This document shows positions 55,829 through 64,000 of a stretch of 64,000 nt of DNA, piece by piece; within the stretch, counting starts at the first letter, position 1; each line of letters starts with the position of its first letter. The stretch spans positions 89,771 through 153,770 of the forward strand of contig CAWKAQ010000011.1 of assembly GCA_963847585.1 (NCBI GenBank). The letters are read 5' to 3'. The notes beneath the pieces are model-generated. The model was not told the DNA's origin, did not search any database, and was given only the letters and a program-made list of their open reading frames with translations. The DNA is from an uncultured beta proteobacterium. GTDB lineage: Bacteria > Pseudomonadota > Gammaproteobacteria > Burkholderiales > Casimicrobiaceae. A program made the position numbers and the translations under genes.

Positions 55829-56440
55829 GACAACGACAGGCCGCGCACCGACGATCCTGACAATGCGATGTCCTGATGGGTCGCGATAATCGCCATCCCG
55901 CCTCGAGCGAGGTGCGTCCCTATCACGTCGCACAGCAGCGCGACGCCTGCGGTGTCCAGCGCCGCAGCCGGTTCGTCGAGAATCCAGAGCGGACGCGGCA
56001 CCAGCGCCAAACGCGCCAGGCCGATGCGTCGACGCTGGCCCATCGACAGCGCGCGCGCCGGCAACGCGCGCTGCCGCTCGAGCGACCACAGAGCGAGCGC
56101 GGCGACGATCGCATCGCTGGCGGCGCTGCCGTCGTGCAGGCTCGCGAGCGAAGCGAGATTTTCCTCGGCGGTCAGCTCGTCCTTCAACGCTGCGGCGTGG
56201 CCGATGTAGGTGACGCGCCGCACGCAAGTCAGGATCGAATGGCGCAACCGGAACGCCTCGCCACGACAATGTGCCCTGCGCGGCATGCGACAGGCCTGCC
56301 GCAGTGCGCAGCAACGTCGTCTTGCCGCTGCCATTGGCGCCGGTCACCAGCAAGGCGTCGCCGGGCGCCAGCTTGAAATCGATGCCCGAGAATAAGGTCG
56401 TGGTGCCGCGCTGCGCGGCCAGCTGCTTCGATTCCAGCAT
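55825..56440 (-). CDS. ccmA: heme exporter ATP-binding protein CcmA (+1 break at about 56255)
   Basis: MLESKQLAAQRGTTTLFSGIDFKLAPGDALLVTGANGSGKTTLLR (Walker A), then YIGHAAALKDELTAEENL, LSMGQRRRIGLARL and WILDEPAAALD in ORF 55825..56334. Confidence 0.88.
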
Positions 56441-56579
56441 CGAACCTGCGCGGCGGATGGAAGGGTCCCGATTATAGCCCGGCGCTGCATCGCTTCCCCG
56501 GGCGAGGGGCGGCTGAGCGGCGGATGTGCTAAGGTTGCGCCCGGTCGCCGTTCAAATCCCGCCCGGCTAGGACTTGTCG

Positions 56580-57751
56580 ATGCCTCGGTCGTCCGGAGTC
56601 GCAGTGCGCCTCGCCCGATGCGCCGCCGCGTGCATGCCCGCGATACTCGCGCTCGCAGTCGTCACGCTGACGACCCCCGCGCGGTGCTATCACCGCCATT
56701 CGTCCCGAAGAGCCCGCTGATCGCCGAAGTCGGGACGTCCGTTCATGGCGAGCTTCATCCCGATGAACAGCCATCTGCCCAAGTATCCGGTAGATGTGGT
56801 CGCTCAGTCCGGGCAATTGCCTGGCGGGATCCGGGATCAGCACTGGATGCCAATACCGGGACGCTGTCGGGTACGCCGGTCAAAGCGGGGACGTTCAACT
56901 GCATCGATCGTCGCCATCGACACCTTTCCCGATCCGATCACGACGGCGCAGAGGGCGTTCACCCTGGTGATCGAGCCGGACTGTGCTCGAACCGTCGATC
57001 AGCAGCGGTGCGCCGCCACCGGCGACGGCGGGCTCGTCCTATGCATTCCTGGTGAGCGCGACCGGCTCGTCCGGCGCCGGTGCTGTCGGTCGCCGGGCTG
57101 CCGGCCGGTCTTTCCTTCGATGCCGCGTCGGATCAGATCAGCGGCACGCCGGAGGCCGCGGGTGCGTCGACTTGACGGTCACGGCGAACAACGGCTGCAA
57201 CGCGGCGGCGGTGCAGACATTCACGCTCACCGTAGACCGCGCGGCGACGACGCTGTCGCTGGCCGCGCTGCCACAGGTCGCCGTGTTCGGGCAGCCGGTG
57301 ACCGTAGCGCTGGTCGCGTCCGGAGGTCCGGCGTCGCCGCAGGGTGCGGTCCAGCTTTGCGTACGCGGCACCGGGACGTTCTGCGGGCCGCCATTCGACA
57401 CCGTGCCGCCCGGCCACGCCGCCGGAAAACATCGCCGCGCCGCTGTCCGGTGCGCTCGACCCGAACGGCCGCGCCGACTTCCGCTTGACGGGGCTGACGA
57501 TCGACGCCTTCACCTTGTCGGCCTTCTACGCGGGCGACAGCTCGCACTTGCCGGCAGGCGCGGGACCCGTCGATGAGCTGGTGATCAAAGGCGTCCTGTT
57601 GCCGTTGACGCCGGACGGGAAGGCGAGTCGTGCGGCGTCGGGATCCGACCCGGGCGCGATTCCCGCGCTTTCGTCGATCGGATTGGCACTGCTTTCCGTC
57701 GCGGTCGCGGCGCTGGCGATGGCGGCACTGCGCCGGCGGACGCGCCGCTAG
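56580..57751 (+). CDS. secreted Ig-like repeat protein with IPTL-CTERM-type C-terminal sorting tail (at least ~8 frame breaks; possibly a pseudogene)
   Basis: ATG at 56580 gives a signal-peptide-like [34 protein letters not shown]. Pieces in all three frames join into Ig-like units ([87 protein letters not shown]..., [25 protein letters not shown]). It ends [32 protein letters not shown]. Confidence 0.55.
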
Positions 57752-57762
57752 CTCGTCTGGCC

Positions 57763-59978
57763 GTGCGTCTCGCCGCCGGGACGCTCGCCACGTGGCTGAT
57801 CGGCGCGCCGCGCTGGCTCGTCGGGCTGCTGATCATCGCCGTCTTCCTGCTGCATCCGCTGACGCAGTTCGGCAAGACGACGCTGCTGGCCAAGCTCGAA
57901 GCGATCTCGTACGACACGCGACTCAAGTTGACGTTGCCGAATCGTGGCGATCCGCAAGTCGTCATCATCGACATCAACGAGCCCAGCCTGCAGCGCGAAG
58001 GACGCTGGCCCTGGTCTCGCGACAAGCTGGCGCGGTTGACGACCCAATTGCTGGATCACTATCAGGCGCGAGCCGTCGGGTTCGACGTCGTGTTCGCCGA
58101 ACCGGACCGATCGTCGGGCATCGACGTCCTCGAGCGGCTGGCGCAGCGCGACCTCAGGGAAGACCGCGGCTATGTCGCGACGCTCGACAGGCTGCGCCCC
58201 GAGCTCGACTTCGACGCGCGGTTCGCCGACGCGATTCGCGGCAGGCCAGTCATCCTGGGGTTCGGCTTCACCTACGAGGCGCAGCAGATCGGCGCTCTCC
58301 CGCCGCCGTTGTTCCGCGCCCAGGACATCGGCGGCGGCATCATTCCGATCCAGGCGGCCGTCGGCTATACGGCGGCCATCGCGGAGCTCGCGCAGGCGGC
58401 CGCGGGCAGCGGACATGTCGACCCGTTTTTCGATGCCGACAACGTCGTGCGCCGCGTTCCGATGGTCGAGCTCTATCGCAACGCCTACTACCCGGCGCTG
58501 TCGCTGGCAATCGCGCGGGTCGTGCTCGAAGCGAAGCGGGTGACACCGCATTTCGATTCCGACCAACGGCTCGACGGTTTCGATATCGGCGGATTGGCCC
58601 TTCCCACCGCGGCGGACGGAACGGCGCTGATCCCGTTTCGCGGCAACGCCCAAGACTTTTCGCTACTATTCGGCCGCCGACGTGCTGGCGGGCAGCGCAC
58701 CGGCGGATTTTGCCGGCGCGATCGCGCTGGTCGGAACGACGGCCAAGGGACTGCAGGATCTGCGCCCGACTCCGCTGGCCGCCGACTTTCCCGGAGTCGA
58801 AATTCACGCCAGCCTGCTTTCGGGCATGCTGAACCAGGATTTGAAATCGGTTCCGGCGAACGCGAACGCGATCGAGGCGCTGATGATGCTGCTGACCGGG
58901 CTGGTCGTGCTGTTCGTCATCCCGTATCGGGACCCGGTGTTCAATGCCCTGGGCGTCGTCGCCGTCATGGGCCTGGTGGCCGCGGCGAACCTTCTGCTGT
59001 GGATCAAACTGAACGAAGTCGTACCGGTGGCCGCGACCTTGCTGATGCTCGCGGTCCTGTTCGGCTGGAACATGCTGGCCGGTTTCATGCGAGAGGAACG
59101 CAAGATCCGCAAGGTTTCGGCGATGTTCGGCGAGTACGTGCCGCGCGAGCGGGTCGCGCAAATGGTCGAAAGCGGAGAGAGATACAGCATGGTCGGCGAG
59201 AGCCGCACGATGACCGTGCTGTTCTGCGATGTGCGCGACTTCACGGCGCTGTCGGAAAACCTGCCGCCGCGCGAACTGTCGGCGATGCTGAACGCCTACC
59301 TGACGCCGATGACCGAGATCATCCACGCGCACCACGGAACGGTCGACAAGTACGTCGGCGATGCGATCATGGCCTTCTGGGGCGCGCCGATCGACAATCC
59401 GAATCACGCGCGCGACGCCGTTCTCGCCGCGCTGGCGATGCAGCGCAGAATGTCGTCGCTGGCACGAGGAGTTCAACAAGCGCGGCTGGCCCAGAGCTCG
59501 CCATCGGCGTCGGCATCAACAGCGGCGCGATGAACGTCGGCGACATGGGCTCGGAATTCCGCAAGGCTTACACGGTGCTCGGCGACGCGGTCAACCTCGC
59601 ATCGAGGCTCGAGGGATTGACCAAGGAGTACGGCGTCGCCGTCATCATCGGCGAGGACACGCGCGCCGCCGTGCCCGACATCCGCTGTCGCGAGATCGAT
59701 CGCGTGCGCGTAAAGGGCAGGGCGAACCCGGTCACGATATTCGAGCCCCTGCCGGAGGCGGAAGAGTCGACGCGCCGGCGAACTCGCGGCGTGGGAGAAA
59801 GCTCTGCTGCAATACCGCGAGCGGCGCTTTGCCGATGCGGCGGACGTCGCTTGCCGCCCTTGCCAGCGCGCATCCGGCAACGCGTCTCTACGCCTATTTC
59901 GCCCAGCGCTGCGCGATGTACGCCGCGGCACGACCGCCGGCGGATTGGGACGGCGCCACCAACTTCGCTACGAAATAG
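57763..59978 (+). CDS. CHASE2 sensor domain - class III adenylate/guanylate cyclase (five +1 breaks: about 58660, 59462, 59493, 59767, 59849)
   Basis: GTG start and a TM segment. The CHASE2-like periplasmic domain has [27 protein letters not shown] and FDVVFAEPD, and is followed by three TM segments. The cyclase core has [48 protein letters not shown] and [15 protein letters not shown]. The tail ...[15 protein letters not shown] has its stop at 59976..59978. Confidence 0.8.
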
Positions 59979-59998
59979 CCTGCGCCCGCCTGAGTGCG

Positions 59999-61535
59999 CT
60001 AGCAGCCGCCGGGCCCGCATTTGCGATACCCGACGACGCCCTCGATCACGCTGCCGGTGCGGGTGTTGAAATAGTAGTCCATGCCGATGCCGGACCCGCC
60101 GGGGCCCGCGAAAAAGCCGGCGAAGTTTCCGGCGACCAGCGGTTGACAAGCCGCCGCCGGCGCAACCCGTCGCTGCGCCGCCCGACGCCGCCGGTCGAGA
60201 AGCGGCCATTGACGATGCTGGCCGTGCCGCCCATCGTATAGTTCGCATCGTTGAAGCCGGCGGTGAGACCGGAGAGCCCGAGTTGAGCGGTGGTGAAGTT
60301 GACGTTGACCGTGCCGCCGGACACCAGCGTACCGACGGCGCCGGTGCCCGAATCGGTCGGCCGCGTGCCGCCGACCGCCGCGTACGAAACCTGTCCGGAT
60401 GTCGGCAGCGCCGTCGCCGTATTGCCGTAAATGTAATGCAGGTCGCCGCCGTCGTTGTGAACCAGCTGATTCCCCAGCGCCTGCGTAATCGTCGATCCGG
60501 GCCCGGACCAGCGGCCCCAGTTGAGCCCGCTGCCGGCGGCAAAGCCTGACGGGATCGACCCGTCGCTGCCGACGTCGGTCAGCGCTGCCGAGCCGAGATC
60601 GGCGCGAGAGCGAGCCGTTGTGGAACGAATGCAGCGCGCCGCCGACGATGCCGACCTGCAGACCAGGATTCGACGTCGAGTCGAGCTCAAGCGTGTAGCG
60701 ATCCGACCCGACGACGATCGTCTGCCCGGGCGCGAGCAAGCGCGAGTCGAGATCCTCCGTTGCCATGAACGTGAACGGCGCCTGCGGCAACGCCGGCGGC
60801 GGCGCGGTTTCGGGCACCTTGGCAAAACGCAATTCGGTCGGCGCGGTGCGCGCGACGCGCGCGCGCCGCTCGAGCTTGTCGGAAAGAAAATCAGGCGGTC
60901 CGAGCCAGCGCAGCGGCGCTTGTCCATCGGGCACGTAGAAAAATTCGTCGGCGCCGAACTCGCCGCTGCCGAAACCGTTGGCGACGACGACGCCGCCTTC
61001 GTAGGCCCCGCCGTACATTCCGGAACCCACCTCGGCGCCGCGGTTCCTGCACTGGCCGGCGGCGCAGATCTGGACCTGATAGTGCGTACCGCGAATGCCT
61101 ATCGTCGCCTGCGTGGTCAACAGCTGGTACTGGTCGCGGTTCAGTTTGCCGATCTGTCCGGTCAACGTGCGGAATCCGCCGCGCACCAGCCGGAAGACCG
61201 CGGCCTCGCTGCCGTCCTGCTTGCCGGTGAAATTGAAGCGCTCGATGCGAAACTCGGTGTCGGGCTTGAGCGCGACCAGCGCGTCGTCGCTGAAGCGGAT
61301 CTGCGCATAACTGTCGGCTCCGGTGACGACGCTGTCGCCGGCGCCGACCAGCGCGCCCGCGGCCAGACGGACTACGCTCGCCGCCACGGACGACGCTGAC
61401 GTCGCCGACCGACAACAGGACCTTCCCGGCCGTCTGCGCAAAGGCGAAATTCACGGTGAGCGCGCAGACGAGCAGCAAGCCGAAACGCAACGCGAGCTTG
61501 CACCGGAGCGAGATGGCCGTGCTATTTGAATTCAT
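59999..61535 (-). CDS. secreted FecR-domain protein with TbpB-like C-terminal beta-barrel region (four frame breaks: about 61373, 60604, 60180, 60149)
   Basis: The signal peptide [33 protein letters not shown] has no canonical lipobox. FecR-like region: [66 protein letters not shown]-terminal region: [43 protein letters not shown]...[27 protein letters not shown]...GVVGYRK. The ATG lies 11 nt upstream of the upstream gene's stop. Confidence 0.6.
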
Positions 61536-62886
61536 AGCGAACTTTCAATACGCCGAGGTGGCGCGTGTATTCGTAGAGCTCGAGATTGGACGTGTTTTTC
61601 GCATACCGGTATTCGCCGCGCACACTCAGATTCCGGTTGACCAGGTAGATCGCACCGAGGCCCACGCCCAGGTTGCGGTCGCGCCGCGTCACGTCGAGCA
61701 GCGGGATCGGCGCGTCGTAGTCGCTTTGCGCGTACGCGAGGCCGGCGTTCAGCGCCCAGAAGGGCGACGGTGAAACGGTGACGTCGACGCTCGCGCCGAC
61801 GATGCCGCGACCGAGATCGCCGCGGCCCTCGCGATTGTGCTCGTCGCCGTAGAATACCGTCGCGTTGAGCACCGGCTGCCAGCGGCGCAGCCACACTTGC
61901 CGATAGCTGGCGCTCAACGCGCTCAAATCGGCATCGCGTGCGGCGTTGTCGCCGGCGTAAGCGATGCGCGCGTATTGCGGCGCAAGCGCGAACGAAGACA
62001 GTTCCGAGACTTGTCGGCGCCACTCGAAGACGACGCCGTCGGCCCAGCGATAGCGCGATCCGTCGAGCGCGATCTCGCCGTGAGCATACGCCAGGGAGTA
62101 CTCGTTGCGATCGGCCCGATAGCTCGCGCCGGCCGCCGCGCCGTAATTCGCCAGATTGAATTCCGAGGCTGACGCGTAGAACGTGCCGCCGCCGTAGACG
62201 CTGGCATTGACCGTCAATCCGGCGGACAGAGGATGGCGAATCTCGGCGCCTGCCGCCAGCCATCCGAACGCCGACTCCTTTTGGACGCCGAAAGCATCGA
62301 CGGTGACCGGACCCAGCACCGGCAACCCGATGCTGGCTTGCGCAACGCCGGCATTGGCGTTGCTGTCGTAACCGCCGCCGAGCTCGACGAACGCCGTGCG
62401 CCGCCCGCGATAGCGGGCCTCGCGATCGGTCAGCGCCGCAAGATAGCGATCGATGCCGGCCTGCACCTCCGGTGGCGGCTGGCTTCGGGCCACTGCCTCG
62501 AATTCTTCGCGCGAGCGCACGTCGTCGCCGGCGTAGAAATAAGCGCGCGCCAGCTCGAGGCGGGCGCGCGCGTCGTCGGGAAATTGCAGCACGTAACGCT
62601 CGAGTGCCAGGACGCCTTCGCCGGAGCGGCCGATGTCGACGGCCGCGACGCCGCACCACAGATCGAATTCCGGCGGGCGCTCGGGGGCGTCGATCGACGT
62701 TGCGCAATGGCGGGCGTACGCTGCGGCGGAGTCGCCGGCCTCGACCGCGGTGCGCAAGTCGTCGACCGGAGCGGCGAGGGCGGCAATCGCGAAAGCGCTC
62801 GAGCACACCGCGATCGCAACGATCGCCGCATGCCGGCGCGGGCTCGAACGCTGCGCCAAGGAGTCGCCGTCCGAACGCTGTGCCAT
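61522..62886 (-). CDS. Slam / DUF560-like outer-membrane protein (TPR N-domain plus beta-barrel; proposed type XI secretion component)
   Basis: Intact ORF 61522..62925. The likely start is the ATG at 62886 (MAQRSDG...AIVAIAVCSSAFAIAALA signal peptide). TPR-like LALERYVLQFPDDARARLELARAYFYAGDDVRSREEFEAV and PPPEVQAGIDRYL, then about 300 aa of alternating beta-strand pattern from GGGYDSNANAG to [11 protein letters not shown]. Confidence 0.55.
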   Translation of the reverse strand: MAQRSDGDSLAQRSSPRRHAAIVAIAVCSSAFAIAALAAPVDDLRTAVEAGDSAAAYARHCATSIDAPERPPEFDLWCGVAAVDIGRSGEGVLALERYVLQFPDDARARLELARAYFYAGDDVRSREEFEAVARSQPPPEVQAGIDRYLAALTDREARYRGRRTAFVELGGGYDSNANAGVAQASIGLPVLGPVTVDAFGVQKESAFGWLAAGAEIRHPLSAGLTVNASVYGGGTFYASASEFNLANYGAAAGASYRADRNEYSLAYAHGEIALDGSRYRWADGVVFEWRRQVSELSSFALAPQYARIAYAGDNAARDADLSALSASYRQVWLRRWQPVLNATVFYGDEHNREGRGDLGRGIVGASVDVTVSPSPFWALNAGLAYAQSDYDAPIPLLDVTRRDRNLGVGLGAIYLVNRNLSVRGEYRYAKNTSNLELYEYTRHLGVLKVRYEFK

Positions 62887-62961
62887 GCCCGCGCCGCCCT
62901 CCCGAATTTGGCTGGCGGCGATCATAGCACGGCATCGCGATGCTTCCGGCGGAACGACGGC

Positions 62962-64000
62962 CTACGGTACGACCTGGTCTATCGTGATGCGCAAGCCCGT
63001 CGCGCCAGGCTTGACCGGCCCGCTTTTGCCGAACAGGTCACCGGGCTGCGGAAGCGCATTGCCGGTTTTGCGACAGGCGCGCTTCGACGATCACTTCGCT
63101 CGCACTCGAGAGCTTGGCCCCCGCGGCCATGCTCATCGCATCGTCCAGCGCGAAGTCCTTCGGCAATTCGCTGGCCGCAATGCGCATCGCGGCCAGCGGC
63201 ATGCGCGGTCCAGTCGGAGCGCGCGCGAAAATGAAAACGGTGTCGGTCGGTGCGACTTTTGACGCCAGACTCGGGCTCACTGCGACATGACCGCTGATCG
63301 CGCCGCCGTTGCCCGCGGCGCTGGCGCGCGGACCCGGCGCTCGCATCGTGTTCACCGCATCCGGCGCTCCGCCACCCAGCTCCGCGATCACGGCGGCAAC
63401 CTGCGTTGCGTCCTCGGAGCCGGGGGGCAACTGCGCGGCGAGCCGGTGCCAGTAGGCGAGCGCCTTGGCAGGATCGTGTGCCTCCATCGCCGCCGTCGCC
63501 GCCAAGGCCAGCGCCTTCCCGTGTTTCGGATCGATGGCCAGTGCGCGCTCTACCAGCGCGAGCGGCTTGCCGGCGAGGTGGCGACCCTGCACCATCCCCA
63601 ACGTATCCGCGTAATCGGCGAGCAGATCGGGGTCTGTCCGGCGCCCGCGCGAGCGCCTTCGTGTACGCTTCCGCCGCCGCGGGAAAGCGACCAAGCACGT
63701 AATACGAGCGCGCCAGCAGCGCCCAACCTTCGGCGTTGTCCGGATGCTGCTCGAGCCGACGCTCCAGCGCGCCGACCATCGCGGCGATCTGCGGGTCGCT
63801 CAATTCCTGTCCCCCGTCGGTGGCCGCGGCGACGGCGGAGGCTGCCGGATCGCCGAGACGGCCGTAGAGGAAGATCGCCAGCACCGGAATACCGACCAGC
63901 AGTCCTATCGCCAGCGGCCAGGAGGGCCGTGCTGTCGCGCCGCGTGCGGGCGAGCGGTGCGGCGCGCCGATTTCGTCGGCAACGCGCTGCGCAAGATCCG
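62962..64000 (-). CDS. ccmI: cytochrome c-type biogenesis protein CcmI/CycH, C-terminal ~345 aa (5' end outside window; +1 breaks at about 63635 and 63070)
   Basis: WPLAIGLLVGIPVLAIFLYGRLGDP, then the TPR region QHPDNAEGWALLARSYYVLGRFPAAAEAYTKALARAPD/DPDLLADYADTLG...ALAIDPKHGKAL, then TVFIFARAPTGPRMPLAAMRIAASELPKDFALDD and the tail KTGNALPQPGDLFGKSGPV...ITIDQVVP (stop 62962..62964). Confidence 0.8.

Noticed and set aside
56441-62961. Calling the accessory block a genomic island or mobile element.
   Set aside because: I found no integrase, transposase, flanking tRNA, inverted repeats or target-site duplication by eye, and its GC content looks similar to the flanks. Only the gene content and the interruption of ccm synteny are unusual, so it is reported as a finding rather than a mobile_element feature.

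Overview
High-GC (roughly 65% by eye) proteobacterial chromosome segment. Protein sequences and gene order look betaproteobacterial, which is an inference. Left to right: (1) a two-subunit Fe-S hydro-lyase (fumarase/tartrate dehydratase type) plus an SdhA/NadB-family flavoprotein. (2) A complete phosphate locus: ppk (minus strand), a divergent Pho-box promoter, pstSCAB, phoU, phoB, phoR. (3) A minus-strand GMC oxidoreductase and Fe-alcohol dehydrogenase pair. (4) The classical translation/transcription superoperon: tRNA-Tyr/Gly/Thr, tuf, tRNA-Trp, secE, nusG, rplKAJL, rpoBC, rpsLG, fusA, a second tuf, then the S10, spc and alpha operons through rplQ. (5) galE and a small DUF2007-like gene. (6) ccmABCDEFGH on the minus strand. 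(7) A ~6.5 kb accessory block. (8) The 3' part of ccmI. The accessory block is the most interesting part. It holds an Ig-like protein with an IPTL-CTERM-type tail and a CHASE2 class III nucleotide cyclase. It also holds an intact Slam/DUF560-like (proposed type XI secretion) outer-membrane protein. That gene overlaps the start of a FecR-domain protein ending in a TbpB-like barrel. Major caveat: I count about 50 reading-frame breaks by eye, almost all explained by extra inserted bases. Many hit essential single-copy genes (rpoB, rpoA, fusA, secE, many r-proteins). The sequence therefore looks like an insertion-error-prone consensus rather than a decaying genome, and coordinates of broken genes span the breaks. 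I saw no rRNA, CRISPR array, integrase or IS element. All family assignments come from reading motifs, not from database searches.
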